From Actinomycetota bacterium (GTDB taxonomy: Bacteria; Actinomycetota; UBA4738; HRBIN12): 64,000 bases of DNA. Below the pieces are notes generated by a model that was not told where the DNA came from, made no database searches, and was given only the letters and a program-made list of their open reading frames with translations. The stretch lies in assembly GCA_040882605.1 (NCBI GenBank), contig JBBEAY010000023.1:76786-140785 (forward strand), written 5' to 3'. Shown here piece after piece: positions 1 to 9,077 of the stretch. The translations under genes were made by a program, and so were the position numbers. The number at the start of each line of letters is the position of its first letter. The first letter of the stretch is position 1.

Positions 1-356
1 TCGAGGCCGGCTACATCTACCTCGCACAGCCTCCGTTGTACCTGTTGAAGCAGGGAAAGGAAGAGCTCTATTTCTACACCGAACGCCAGTGGGACGAATT
101 CCGCAAGAACGCGAACGGCCAAGGGTCCAACAAGAAGCTCGGTGATCCGCAGCGGTTCAAGGGCCTCGGCGAGATGGACGCGATCCAGCTCTGGGACACG
201 ACGATGGACCCCGAGCATCGCACCCTGCTGCAGGTCACGCTCGACGACGCAGTCACCGCCGACCGCCTGTTCAGCGTGCTGATGGGTGACGACGTGCCCT
301 CGCGCAAGCATTTCATCGAGTCAAACGCGAAGTACGTCCAGAACCTCGACATCTAG
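1..356 (+). CDS. gyrB: DNA gyrase subunit B, C-terminal fragment (gene starts upstream of the window)
   Basis: The frame is open from the window edge ([13 protein letters not shown]...). It has the GyrB C-terminal signature [26 protein letters not shown] and ends 17 nt before gyrA. Confidence 0.95.
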   Translation, partial: EAGYIYLAQPPLYLLKQGKEELYFYTERQWDEFRKNANGQGSNKKLGDPQRFKGLGEMDAIQLWDTTMDPEHRTLLQVTLDDAVTADRLFSVLMGDDVPSRKHFIESNAKYVQNLDI

Positions 357-372
357 GAGCTGATCGCACACC

Positions 373-2823
373 GTGGCCCAGGAAGGTCTCTTCGCAGGCA
401 ACGTCGAGCAGGTGCAGCTCGAGGACGAGATCCAACGTTCCTACCTCGACTACGCGATGTCGGTCATCGTGGGTCGGGCGCTGCCCGATGTGCGCGACGG
501 TCTGAAGCCGGTGCACAAGCGCATCCTCTGGGCGATGCTCGAGGCCGGCTACCGGCCCGACCGTCCGCACCGCAAGAGCGCAGCCGTGATCGGCGACGTT
601 CTGAAGAAGTACCACCCGCACGGCGACCAGTCGGTGTACGACGCCTTGGTGCGCATGGCGCAGGACTGGTCGCTGCGCTACCCGCTCGTCGACGGCCACG
701 GCAACTTCGGCTCCGTCGACGGCGACCCGGCAGCCGCTTACAGATACACGGAAGCGCGGCTGGCGCCGATGGCGATGGAGCTGCTGCGCGACATCGAGTC
801 CGAGACCGTCGAGTTCGTGCCCAACTTCGACGGGTACGAGCAGCAGCCGACGGTGTTGCCGGCACGCTTCCCGAACCTGCTCGTGAACGGCGCCGGAGGC
901 ATCGCGGTCGGCATGGCCACGAACATCCCGCCGCACAACCTTAACGAGGTCATCGACGGCGTCGTCCACTACCTCGATAACCCCGAGGCGACGCCATCGG
1001 AGCTGATGAAGTTCATCAAGGCGCCCGACTTCCCGACGGGAGCCACGATCATGGGGCGCCAAGGCGTCCGCGACGCGTACGAGACCGGTCGAGGTTCGCT
1101 GAAGGTGCGCGCGGTGACCGAGATCGAGGAGAGCACGAACGGCAAGAACAAGATCGTCGTCACGGAGCTCCCGTACCAGGTGAACAAGGCGCGCCTCGCG
1201 GAGAAGATCGCCGAGCTCGTGAAGACCCAGAAGATCAAGGACATCGCCGACCTGAAGGACGAGTCGAACCGCGAGGGCATGCGCCTCGTGATCGAGACCA
1301 AGCGGGGCGCGAACCCGCAAGTCGTGCTGAACCAGCTCTACAAGCATACGCAGCTGCAGGAGAGCTTCGGCATCATCATGCTCGCGCTCGTCGACGGGAT
1401 CCCTCGTACGTTGAACCTCTCGGAGATGGTCGGTTACTACGTCGACCATCAGGTCGACGTCGTCACGCGCCGAAGCCGCTTCGACCTGCGAAAGGCCGAG
1501 GAGCGCGACCACATCGTGCTCGGCCTGCTCATCGCGCTCGATCACCTCGACGAAGTGATCAAGATCATCCGCGCCTCGGCCAACGCCGATGCGGCTCGCA
1601 AGAAGCTCATGAGCACGTTCACGCTCAGCGAGATCCAGGCGAACCATATCCTCGATATGCCGCTTCGCCGGCTCACCAAGCTCGCCCGCACCGAGCTCGA
1701 GAAGGAGCACACCGAGCTGCTCGAGCGCATCGCCTACTTCACCTCGCTGCTCGAAGACCCCGTCAAGCTGCGTGAGGTCATCAAGGTCGAGCTGCTCGAG
1801 ATCAGGAAGAAGCACGGCGACGGCCGCCGCACCACGGTCAGGGCCGACGAGGGCGACTTCGACGTCGAAGACCTTATCGCCGAGGAAGACGTGATCATCT
1901 CGGTCAGCCGCGCCGGCTACGTGAAGCGGCTTCCTGTCGATGCCTTCAAGAAGCAGCTCCGCGGCGGAAAGGGCGTTCGGGGCCAGAACCTCAAAGAGGA
2001 AGACGTGGTGAAGCACGTCTTCACGACCACCACGCACCACTGGATGCTTTTCTTCACCACCAAGGGCCGCGTGTATCGCGTGAAGGCCCACGAGATCCCC
2101 GAGTCCGGTCGCGTCGCGCGCGGCATGTATGCGGCGAACCTTCCGGGGGTCGCGCTCGACGGCGACGAGAAGATCAGCGCCGTGATCGACCTCAAGGAGT
2201 ACGCCGAGGGACGCTTCCTGCTGTTCGCCACCCGCAACGGCATCGTGAAGAAGACGAAGCTGCCCGAGTACGACTCGTCGCGCAGCGGACTCATCGCCGT
2301 CAAGCTCAGGGGCGATGATGAGCTTATCGACGTGCGTCTCACCGACGGCGACGACGAGGTCTTCCTCGTGTCGCGCAGGGGGCAGGCGATCCGTTTCAAG
2401 GAGTCACTCGTGCGTTCGATGGGCCGAGACGCCGGCGGCGTGATCGGTATGCGCCTTGCTGACGACGATCGCGTGCTCGTGGTGGGCCTCGCCTCAGATG
2501 GCGAGGAGATGATCAGCGTCACCGAGCAGGGCTACGGCAAGCGTTCGAAGCTGGCCGACTATCCGCTCAAGGGTCGCGGGGGCAAGGGTGTGATCGGTCA
2601 CCAGCTCACCAAGAAGACGGGTCTGCTTGCCGGTGCGTACGTCGGCACGAAGGACATCGACATGTTCGTGATCTCCTCGAGCGGGCAGGTCGTGCGGGTC
2701 GGCGCTGGAGACATCCGCCGAGTAGGCCGATCGAGCCAGGGCGTGCGTACGATGCGAGTCGAGGACGACGCGAACGTGGTGGCGCTCGCGCCCGTGATCA
2801 TCCAGATGGACGACGAGGAGTAA
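373..2823 (+). CDS. gyrA: DNA gyrase subunit A
   Basis: 816 aa with a GTG start. Contains [30 protein letters not shown], the [10 protein letters not shown] active-site Tyr region, and a C-terminal beta-pinwheel repeat region. Confidence 0.97.
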   Translation: MAQEGLFAGNVEQVQLEDEIQRSYLDYAMSVIVGRALPDVRDGLKPVHKRILWAMLEAGYRPDRPHRKSAAVIGDVLKKYHPHGDQSVYDALVRMAQDWSLRYPLVDGHGNFGSVDGDPAAAYRYTEARLAPMAMELLRDIESETVEFVPNFDGYEQQPTVLPARFPNLLVNGAGGIAVGMATNIPPHNLNEVIDGVVHYLDNPEATPSELMKFIKAPDFPTGATIMGRQGVRDAYETGRGSLKVRAVTEIEESTNGKNKIVVTELPYQVNKARLAEKIAELVKTQKIKDIADLKDESNREGMRLVIETKRGANPQVVLNQLYKHTQLQESFGIIMLALVDGIPRTLNLSEMVGYYVDHQVDVVTRRSRFDLRKAEERDHIVLGLLIALDHLDEVIKIIRASANADAARKKLMSTFTLSEIQANHILDMPLRRLTKLARTELEKEHTELLERIAYFTSLLEDPVKLREVIKVELLEIRKKHGDGRRTTVRADEGDFDVEDLIAEEDVIISVSRAGYVKRLPVDAFKKQLRGGKGVRGQNLKEEDVVKHVFTTTTHHWMLFFTTKGRVYRVKAHEIPESGRVARGMYAANLPGVALDGDEKISAVIDLKEYAEGRFLLFATRNGIVKKTKLPEYDSSRSGLIAVKLRGDDELIDVRLTDGDDEVFLVSRRGQAIRFKESLVRSMGRDAGGVIGMRLADDDRVLVVGLASDGEEMISVTEQGYGKRSKLADYPLKGRGGKGVIGHQLTKKTGLLAGAYVGTKDIDMFVISSSGQVVRVGAGDIRRVGRSSQGVRTMRVEDDANVVALAPVIIQMDDEE

Positions 2824-2825
2824 CC

Positions 2826-2854
2826 CGCCGCCTCTCGATCAGCAGACGGCGGCG
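2826..2854. terminator. GC-rich hairpin between convergent gyrA and the M23 peptidase gene (possible bidirectional terminator)
   Basis: CGCCGCC (2826-2832) pairs with GGCGGCG (2848-2854). The right arm lies inside the last codons of the minus-strand gene. There is no U-tract. Confidence 0.3.
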
Positions 2855-3648
2855 AGGTACATGAACGGGTCGACGGCCGCACCGTCGCCCGGGTGCCACT
2901 CGAAGTGGTCGTGCGGCGCCGTCGCGTTGCCCGTCATGCCCACATAACCGACCACGTCGCCGGCCTTCACGGCGCCGAGCTTCCCGTAGGCCGACAGATG
3001 CGCGTTGTACGCGTACCCCCCCGCACCGTAGATCTTGACTTGCATCCCCCCCAGATCGCTCGACGAGGCCTCGGCGTTCCCGTCGAAGGGCGCCACGATC
3101 GGCGTACCGGTGGACGCGGCGATGTCGTTGCCCTGGTGCACGTGGCGGGGCGTGCCCGGCATCTCGCGGATCACTCCGAAGTTGGCGGCGATCGTGACGC
3201 TCCCTGCCACGGGGCACCGCTGCAATGGAAGCGAGTCGATCCATGACGCGAGCTGGGTGCGCCGGCCGCGCAGGGCTCGCACACGGGCGCGGGTCGACCT
3301 GATCAGGTCGCGCTCCTGGGTCCGAATCTCGGAGATGCGGTCGAGCTGCTGCCTGCGGAACCCTCGGTACCGGTCGCGGTCGCCGACCTGGGCGACGCCG
3401 GGCGAGTGATCGAGGAGATCCTGTGTCGACCGGATGCGCTGATGCAGCGTCACGCGACGCGCCCGCCGGGTCTGCTGGATCTCGCCGATGCGTTCGTGCA
3501 GGTCGTGCTTCTGACGAAGGGCGACCTGCACCGACGACTCAGCGTTGGCCGCAGCAACCAGGCCTGTCACCATGAGACTTCCTACCAATGCGATCGCAGC
3601 AAACTGACGTGGCCGACGTGCTTTCATGAACCCCCCGCTCTCCTTCAT
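2839..3648 (-). CDS. M23 family metallopeptidase with signal/anchor and coiled-coil N-terminal region
   Basis: C-terminal LytM-type motifs (HQGNDIAASTGTPIVAPFDG ... GMTGNATAPHDHFEW) and an N-terminal hydrophobic segment. It is a paralogue of 48776-49669. The start could instead be 3627. Confidence 0.85.
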   Translation of the reverse strand: MKESGGFMKARRPRQFAAIALVGSLMVTGLVAAANAESSVQVALRQKHDLHERIGEIQQTRRARRVTLHQRIRSTQDLLDHSPGVAQVGDRDRYRGFRRQQLDRISEIRTQERDLIRSTRARVRALRGRRTQLASWIDSLPLQRCPVAGSVTIAANFGVIREMPGTPRHVHQGNDIAASTGTPIVAPFDGNAEASSSDLGGMQVKIYGAGGYAYNAHLSAYGKLGAVKAGDVVGYVGMTGNATAPHDHFEWHPGDGAAVDPFMYLAAVC

Positions 3649-4100
3649 CTTCCGTAGACCTGCTGGGTATCGGCCGGCGACATCCAGGCCTTGAGCGCGG
3701 GGGAGGAAGTACTACGTAGTCATCGGTGCGCTGCATGTGGGATCGACGTACGTCATGCTCCGCCAGGTGGATCCGGGCGTTGCGTGGGGTGTGGGAACCA
3801 TGGTGGGGTCGGGTGCGGTCTTCTCCGTGGGCATCTTCGGCGTGCGATCGGGGGTAAACGTGACGCCTTGGACCGTCGTGCTGGCGATCGCGGGCGCCGG
3901 CCTCACTGCCGGGGCGCTACTCGTGCAGCACGCACCGGGCTGGCGTCGTGGCTGATCGCTCCGCCCGTAGGCGCGGTGCTGGGGGTCGCGAACGTTCGTG
4001 CGCTCTTCGGCCCCAGAGGGCGGCTTCGGATGTGAGCGTTGCGGGTACTGGACCCGACCAGGGCGTAACCTTATAGCTTCGACCAGGGCTTCGAACTTCC

Positions 4101-4706
4101 ATGAACGAGGAGTTGATGAATACGGCCGACGAATCCACTTCGAGGCGTTCGCCCGCGCCGTCGCGCGAGGAGGGCACCGAAACCCAGATCTCCGGGCGGG
4201 TCGCGACGGCCGTCGACGCGCCTCCTCCGCCGCCGAGCGCCACGCGAGCTGCATCAGCGGGTGCTCGCCCGCCCGCCCGAGCCGAGCGGCCGGCTCTTGC
4301 GACCAGGATCGCGCGGGCCCGGGCGTCGTCACCGCGCCGAACAAGGGTCGTAGTGCGCAAGATCGGACCGCTCTCGGTCCTCAAGTTCTCGCTGCTCTTC
4401 TATCTGTGCCTGATGCTGATCGTGCTGTTCGCCTTGACGATCGTTTACGGAGTGCTCTCGGCAGCGGGGGCGGTCGATTCGTTCGAGAGAGTCCTCGGGA
4501 ACTTGCGCACGGGTCCGACGAGCACAGGCGGCGCCGTGCCGTTCGAGATCGACGGGCGCGTGGTGTTCGCCTGGGGTCTCGTCGCCGGGCTCGTCTCAGT
4601 GGTCATCTGGTCCCTGATCTCCGTCTTCGTGGCGCTGCTGTACAACTTGATCACCGACATCATCGGCGGGGTCGAGATCACCCTCACCGACAAGCCCCGA
4701 ACCTGA
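4101..4706 (+). CDS. DUF3566-type membrane protein (the conserved actinobacterial gene downstream of gyrA)
   Basis: Disordered Pro/Ala/Arg-rich N-terminus followed by two long TM segments (KIGPLSVLKFSLLFYLCLMLIVLF ... LYNLITDIIGGVEITL). Its position matches Rv0007-type genes. Confidence 0.8.
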   Translation: MNEELMNTADESTSRRSPAPSREEGTETQISGRVATAVDAPPPPPSATRAASAGARPPARAERPALATRIARARASSPRRTRVVVRKIGPLSVLKFSLLFYLCLMLIVLFALTIVYGVLSAAGAVDSFERVLGNLRTGPTSTGGAVPFEIDGRVVFAWGLVAGLVSVVIWSLISVFVALLYNLITDIIGGVEITLTDKPRT

Positions 4707-4802
4707 TCGTTCCCGCTCTCGGTCGGTTTGACAGGCGTTTCGCGCGGTGACTACGCTGCGCCGGGCCTGGAGCAGCGAAGCGGTAGGCTCTGCGAAACAG
4801 GA

Positions 4803-4877
4803 GGGCCTGTAGCTCAGCCCGGTTAGAGCGCTTCCCTGATAAGGAAGAGGTCGATGGTTCAAGTCCATCCAGGCCCA
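4803..4877 (+). tRNA. tRNA-Ile (anticodon GAU)
   Basis: Cloverleaf read by eye: acceptor GGGCCTG/CAGGCCC, D arm GCTC/GAGC, anticodon loop CTGATAA, T arm GATGG-TTCAAGT-CCATC. CCA is not encoded. Confidence 0.93.
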
Positions 4878-4899
4878 CCCCCGGAAGGAGGGCTCACCC

Positions 4900-5088
4900 A
4901 TGACAGATGAAGCCACCGTGACGGTCGAGGCCGTCGAAGAGAAGAAGGGCGGATTCTTGAAGAAGCTCATGAAGCTCGCCGCCATCGGCGCCATCGTCGC
5001 CGCGATCATGGCGTTCGTAAAGCGTCGCCGTGGCGATGACCTCGACGACGTGGAGTGGCAGGAGTTGCCGCCGCCCGCCGGCGGTTGA
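4900..5088 (+). CDS. small single-TM membrane protein (position of DLW-39-like genes after tRNA-Ile)
   Basis: 62 aa with a GGAGGG RBS about 8 nt upstream. It has one hydrophobic helix (LMKLAAIGAIVAAIMAFV), an acidic tail and high GC3. Confidence 0.55.
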   Translation: MTDEATVTVEAVEEKKGGFLKKLMKLAAIGAIVAAIMAFVKRRRGDDLDDVEWQELPPPAGG

Positions 5089-5233
5089 CGCCACCGAGGA
5101 CGAAGCACGAGCCGGCGCCCGTCGGCATCAGATCCACGTGAGGGCCCGCCGCTCAGGCGGGTCTTCCGCGTTATCCGCGCGTTGCAGAGAGCGAAGCCGG
5201 GGTGCGGGCCGAACGCCATTAGACTCCGCCGCG

Positions 5234-6067
5234 ATGAGCGGCTCGGCCTGGCAACTCGCGCATGACGCGGCCGCCGCCTGCGGCGTGCGGCTGCGGGCAC
5301 TCACCTCGCTCGAGGACGCCGACGCCATCGTGCGGGTCATGGTGGCAACCTGGGGCGAAGAGATTCCGCGGGAGACGATCTGTGCTCTCGCCGGCTCGGG
5401 GAACGTGCCGTGGGGCGCGCTCGACGGCGACGAGCTGATCGGGTACGTGCTCGGGTGGGTGGCGGTCGAACCTTCCGATGGACTGCACGAGCATTCACAC
5501 ATGCTCGCGGCGCTTCCCGACAGGCGCCATCGCGGTGTCGGGTACGCGTTGAAGCTCGCCCAGCGCGCCTCGTGCCTCGATCGCGGCATCGGCCTCGTGC
5601 GGTGGACGTTCGACCCGCTCGTCGCGCGAAACGCGCACCTCAACATCAACAAGCTGGGCGCGCGGTGCGACCGGTTCCATCGGGACTACTACGGACAGAT
5701 GCCCGACGCGATCAACGCGGGCGACCGCAGCGACCGACTCGTCGTGCGTTGGCATCTGAACCAGCCGCTCGGCCCGCCGCAGACGCCTGCAGATGCGACG
5801 CTGGCGGTGCGAAGCGCCGGCCCGACCGACGCGCCAACGCCTGCGGTAGTCGCCGGCGCGCAAGGGGCCGACACCGTGGCGATCCAGGTTCCGGCCGATC
5901 ACGCTGCGGTGCGGGCGGCCGACCCCGGCCTTGGCGTGGCGTGGCGTGAGGTCGTCGGTGCGGCGCTCGAGTCGTGTATCGACCGCGGGCTCTCGGTCGT
6001 CGCCTTCGATCCCGATCGTGAAGGTGGGCGGCCCACCTACTTCCTCGCCAGGGAGGCATCGTCGTGA
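5234..6067 (+). CDS. GNAT-family acyltransferase
   Basis: Acyl-CoA-binding-like core LAALPDRRHRGVGYALKLAQR. The ATG at 5234 is preferred over the long Arg-rich extension from 5030. The stop overlaps the next gene's start (GTGA). Confidence 0.75.
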   Translation: MSGSAWQLAHDAAAACGVRLRALTSLEDADAIVRVMVATWGEEIPRETICALAGSGNVPWGALDGDELIGYVLGWVAVEPSDGLHEHSHMLAALPDRRHRGVGYALKLAQRASCLDRGIGLVRWTFDPLVARNAHLNINKLGARCDRFHRDYYGQMPDAINAGDRSDRLVVRWHLNQPLGPPQTPADATLAVRSAGPTDAPTPAVVAGAQGADTVAIQVPADHAAVRAADPGLGVAWREVVGAALESCIDRGLSVVAFDPDREGGRPTYFLAREASS

Positions 6068-7176
6068 GCACGGTACGGGTGGTCGAACTGCGCCTGATCG
6101 GGTTGCCACTCGTGCGACCTTTCCGTACCAGCTTCGGCACTTCGACCGAGAAGGTTTGCATCGTGGTGCGGCTCGAGACCGATCGCGCGGAAGGATGGGG
6201 GGAATGCGTCGCCGACATCGGGCCGGGCTACAGCGAGGAGTTCAACGACGGCGCGTGGTTGGTGATGCGGGACCATCTCGTGCCCGCCCTGATGCGGGCC
6301 GGTGACATCGCGATCGACGATCTCGACCACGTGCTCGGGCATGTGCGAGGCAATCCGATGGCGAAGGCTGCGCTCGTCGACGCGTTCCTCGACGCCGAGC
6401 TCCGTGCCCGAGGCGTGTCGTTGGCGACCTGGTTGGGGGCCGATCGCGACCGGGTCGCCTGCGGCGTGTCGATCGGCATCGCCGACACTACCGAGGCCCT
6501 GCTCGAACAGGTCGGCGACTACCTGGCCGAGGGTTATCAGCGGATCAAGCTCAAGATCGAACCGGGCATCGACGTCGAGCGGGTCGCCGCCGTCCGAAGA
6601 GCCCATCCGGACATCGCGCTCAGCGTCGATGCGAACGCCGCGTACACGATCGAGGACATCGAAGTCTTCCGCGCGCTCGATGCCTACGACCTGCTCATGA
6701 TCGAGCAGCCGCTGCACCATGCCGACCTGGTTCGTCACGCGGAGCTGCAGCGGGCGATCACGAGCGACCTCTGCCTCGACGAGTCGATCCGCTCGGGGGC
6801 CGATGCCGCCGCCGCGATCGAGCTCGGCAGCTGTCGCATCGTGAACATCAAGCAGGGAAGGGTGGGAGGCGTGCCAGAAGCAAGGCGCGTGCATGACGTG
6901 TGCCTTGCCGCCGCCACGCCCGTCTGGTGCGGCGGCATGCTTGAGACCGGCATCGGACGAGCCCAGAACCTGGCCCTCGCTGCCATGGAAGGCTTCACGC
7001 TCGCGGGCGACACGAGTGCGAGTGCGCGGTACTTCCCCGACGACCTCACGGCGCCGTTCGTGATGGCCCCCGACGGCACGATGGCGGTCCCGCGAGGTCC
7101 GGGCATCGGGGTCACCCCGCGACCCGACCGGCTCATGGAAACGACGCTTCGCCTCGAGACGGTCGGATCGAGGTGA
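6064..7176 (+). CDS. enolase-superfamily o-succinylbenzoate synthase / N-succinylamino-acid racemase family protein
   Basis: KxK motif (YQRIKLKIEP), metal ligands (SVDANAAY, MIEQPL, LCLDES) and the second catalytic Lys (NIKQGRVGG). Confidence 0.9.
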   Translation: MSTVRVVELRLIGLPLVRPFRTSFGTSTEKVCIVVRLETDRAEGWGECVADIGPGYSEEFNDGAWLVMRDHLVPALMRAGDIAIDDLDHVLGHVRGNPMAKAALVDAFLDAELRARGVSLATWLGADRDRVACGVSIGIADTTEALLEQVGDYLAEGYQRIKLKIEPGIDVERVAAVRRAHPDIALSVDANAAYTIEDIEVFRALDAYDLLMIEQPLHHADLVRHAELQRAITSDLCLDESIRSGADAAAAIELGSCRIVNIKQGRVGGVPEARRVHDVCLAAATPVWCGGMLETGIGRAQNLALAAMEGFTLAGDTSASARYFPDDLTAPFVMAPDGTMAVPRGPGIGVTPRPDRLMETTLRLETVGSR

Positions 7177-7266
7177 AGCGCGCGTACTCCCGGGCGCCGA
7201 GGAAAGTGTGACAAGAAGCCGATCCCGATTTGACCGTCGGGAGGGGACCCCCGTATGGTGCGTCGT

Positions 7267-7304
7267 GAGAGACCGCTGGGGCCCCCGGGTTCCGGCGGTT
7301 TCTC
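7267..7304 (+). terminator. 10-bp hairpin downstream of the OSBS/NSAR gene (terminator or leader structure)
   Basis: GAGAGACCGC (7267-7276) pairs with GCGGTTTCTC (7295-7304, one G:U). A T-rich stretch GCTTTCT follows. Confidence 0.35.
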
Positions 7305-7472
7305 GCTTTCTGAGAGCCCTCATGCTCCGCGCCTCCATCTTCCCGACGTGCTTGAGCCGAGCCTCCTCAGGGGCGACCATACTCAGGCGCGCCGCCCGCA
7401 GCTTCTTGTTGGCTGCCCCGGTGGCGTACGGTCGCCGTACCGTTGCCGCGCGATGCGGACCTGAGGAGCGAG

Positions 7473-8033
7473 ATGAAGAAGCGAGTCGTGCAAGCGGGGG
7501 AGTTCGAGGTCGTCGACGACGACGGCAAGGTGCGTGTGCGCATCGGCTTGTCGAACGACGACGACCCCTTCCTCTCGCTGCTCGCGCCCGACGGTCAGGT
7601 GCGCATGCGCTTCGGACTCTCGGCTGACGGTGCGGCCGGACTCGCGGTCGGCGACGAGAACGGCAAGGTGCGCGCGACGGTGGGGCTATCGAGCGATGGA
7701 AGCGCCAGCCTCGCCTTCGGAGACAAGAACGGGCGCATCCGCGCGAAGTTCGGCCTCGCCCCCGAGGCCTCGCCGACGATGGGCATGCAGGTGACCGACG
7801 GCGAGTTGTCGCAGGTGTACTCGCTCGCCGAACAGGGTTCCCCGACGCTCGGGCTCTACGACCACGCGGGCAAGGTGCGCGTGCGACTGGGGCTCGCCGC
7901 CGAGGGCTCGCCGGTGCTGCGCTTGCTCGATCGAAACGGTGAGCTCCGGGCGATCGTGGGTCTGGCCGGCGACGGTTCGCCCTTCGTGCAGTTCCTCGAC
8001 GAAGCGAAAGAGCCGGGCTGGACGATGCGATGA
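7473..8033 (+). CDS. tandem-repeat protein (about seven 22-24 aa repeats), function unknown
   Basis: GAGGAG RBS 4 nt upstream of the ATG at 7473. Repeats follow the form D-x-(N/D)G-K/E-(V/I/L)R-x-x-(F/V/L)GL-x-x-(D/E)G-(S/A)-P/A-x-L. No signal peptide is apparent. The gene ends 10 nt before the next gene. Confidence 0.7.
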   Translation: MKKRVVQAGEFEVVDDDGKVRVRIGLSNDDDPFLSLLAPDGQVRMRFGLSADGAAGLAVGDENGKVRATVGLSSDGSASLAFGDKNGRIRAKFGLAPEASPTMGMQVTDGELSQVYSLAEQGSPTLGLYDHAGKVRVRLGLAAEGSPVLRLLDRNGELRAIVGLAGDGSPFVQFLDEAKEPGWTMR

Positions 8034-8043
8034 CCGGCCGGAT

Positions 8044-8553
8044 ATGACCGGTTGGTGGGCACTGGCCTTCGTGGTGCTGTGGCTGCTCGTCGTCGTGCTC
8101 TGCGTCGTGGTGATCGCGCTGGCCCGCCAGGTCGGCACCCTGCACCTTCGCCTCGGCCCTCGTGGGGCGCTCGAGATCGACGACGAGGGACCGGCGCTCG
8201 GCGAGCCGCTGCGAACGGTCGAAGCGGTCTCCGCCGACGGCGCCAAGGTGGCGCTCGGAGGGACCGGCCGCCCCCGGCTCGTGCTGTTCGCGTCGCAGAC
8301 GTGCGCCATCTGCCGCGAGGTGTCGCCTGGCATGCCCGCGGCAGCCGCGGCCGGCCGGCTCGATGCGATCGTGGTGCACGACCCTGAGGCCGAGAGCGCC
8401 TACGGCGTGCCGGGCACCCCGTTCGTGATCGTGCTCGACGAGCGGGGTGTGGTGCGCGCCAAGGGCACGGTGAACAACCTCGAGCAGGTCGAGGGGCTCG
8501 TCGACTCCGCCAACCGACGCATCACGGAGGATCGCCGGCAGTGGGCAAGCTGA
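8044..8553 (+). CDS. MauD-like membrane-anchored thioredoxin-fold protein
   Basis: N-terminal TM anchor (WWALAFVVLWLLVVVLCVVVIAL) and a CxxC motif in thioredoxin context (LVLFASQTCAICREV). The architecture matches methylamine utilization protein MauD. Confidence 0.75.
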   Translation: MTGWWALAFVVLWLLVVVLCVVVIALARQVGTLHLRLGPRGALEIDDEGPALGEPLRTVEAVSADGAKVALGGTGRPRLVLFASQTCAICREVSPGMPAAAAAGRLDAIVVHDPEAESAYGVPGTPFVIVLDERGVVRAKGTVNNLEQVEGLVDSANRRITEDRRQWAS

Positions 8554-9077
8554 CGTCGATCGAACGAGCGGAACGAACCCTTGCGACGCGCACCAGCCGC
8601 CGCAGCTTCCTGGGACGTGTGGGTCGCGGTGTGGTGGCGCTCGCGGGCGGTGGTCTCGTTGCGACCGCGCTCTCGCCCGACCGGGCCCAGGCTTACCACC
8701 TCTGTGGTCACACCTACACGACGGGGTCGTGCCCCCACCCCTTCGCGCCACTGTCCCGCACCGACCGGTACGGCTACCCGATGCACCCCGAGTACGGCTA
8801 CTCGGTCGACGATTCCGGTGACAGGTATGTCGACCCGTCGACCCAGACGCGCAGCAAGACGTGCGAGCAGACGGTGCCGCGCGAGTACCCGTTCAGCGGC
8901 TCCCCGCGCTACGGGGGCGGATGGACCAGATGCTGCAAGGGGCGTCTTCGCCACATCCAGGACTGCTGCTCACGCTCCGACATCCGCATCAACGGCGACT
9001 ACGCCGTTCGCGGATATTGCCCGCGTCCGCTCAAGGTCTTCTGCATCACGTACCGGGAGCTCAACAAGACGTGTTGA
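8541..9077 (+). CDS. Tat-exported, Cys-rich methylamine dehydrogenase light-chain (MauA)-like protein
   Basis: Twin-arginine motif TSRRSFLGRVG, ten Cys in the mature part, and segments GHTYTTGSCPHP, WTRCCKG, DCCSRSDIRINGD, GYCPRPLKVFCITY that resemble the MauA-family core (YRDCCG). The GTG start overlaps the preceding gene by 13 nt. Confidence 0.7.
   Translation: MGKLTSIERAERTLATRTSRRSFLGRVGRGVVALAGGGLVATALSPDRAQAYHLCGHTYTTGSCPHPFAPLSRTDRYGYPMHPEYGYSVDDSGDRYVDPSTQTRSKTCEQTVPREYPFSGSPRYGGGWTRCCKGRLRHIQDCCSRSDIRINGDYAVRGYCPRPLKVFCITYRELNKTC

Noticed and set aside
313-2091. Long ORFs antisense or out of frame to well-supported genes. Examples: 313-2091 (-), 6037-8751 (-), 38419-39918 (-), 43067-44875 (+), 55157-57130 (-), 58724-60181 (-), 46500-47690 (-), 40407-42293 upstream part.
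   Set aside because: These are typical artefacts of very GC-rich DNA, where stop codons are rare in all frames. Their translations are Arg/Ala/Pro/Gly-rich with no motifs, and each overlaps a gene with clear family signatures.
3737-3955. A 72-aa Gly/Val-rich ORF in the gap between the M23 peptidase and DUF3566 genes.
   Set aside because: It has no RBS, a weak coding signal and overlapping ORFs in other frames. It cannot be supported from sequence alone.
7177-7472. Possible tmRNA, RNase P RNA or TPP riboswitch in the long intergenic region. The cues were an ANKKLRAA-like reading on the minus strand, GAGGAAAGTG, and CUGAGA.
   Set aside because: There is no in-frame stop for a tag peptide and no tRNA-like 3-prime end. 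GAGGAAAGTG does not continue as the RNase P GAGGAAAGUCCGGGC. The other TPP elements (ACCUGA...GCCAGCG pattern, P3 region) are absent. It is kept only as an unclassified structured region.
7473-8033. The repeat protein as a stand-in for the MauB heavy chain.
   Set aside because: At 186 aa it is far too small for the roughly 400-aa seven-bladed propeller. It has no signal peptide, and its repeat length (22-24 aa) does not match propeller blades.
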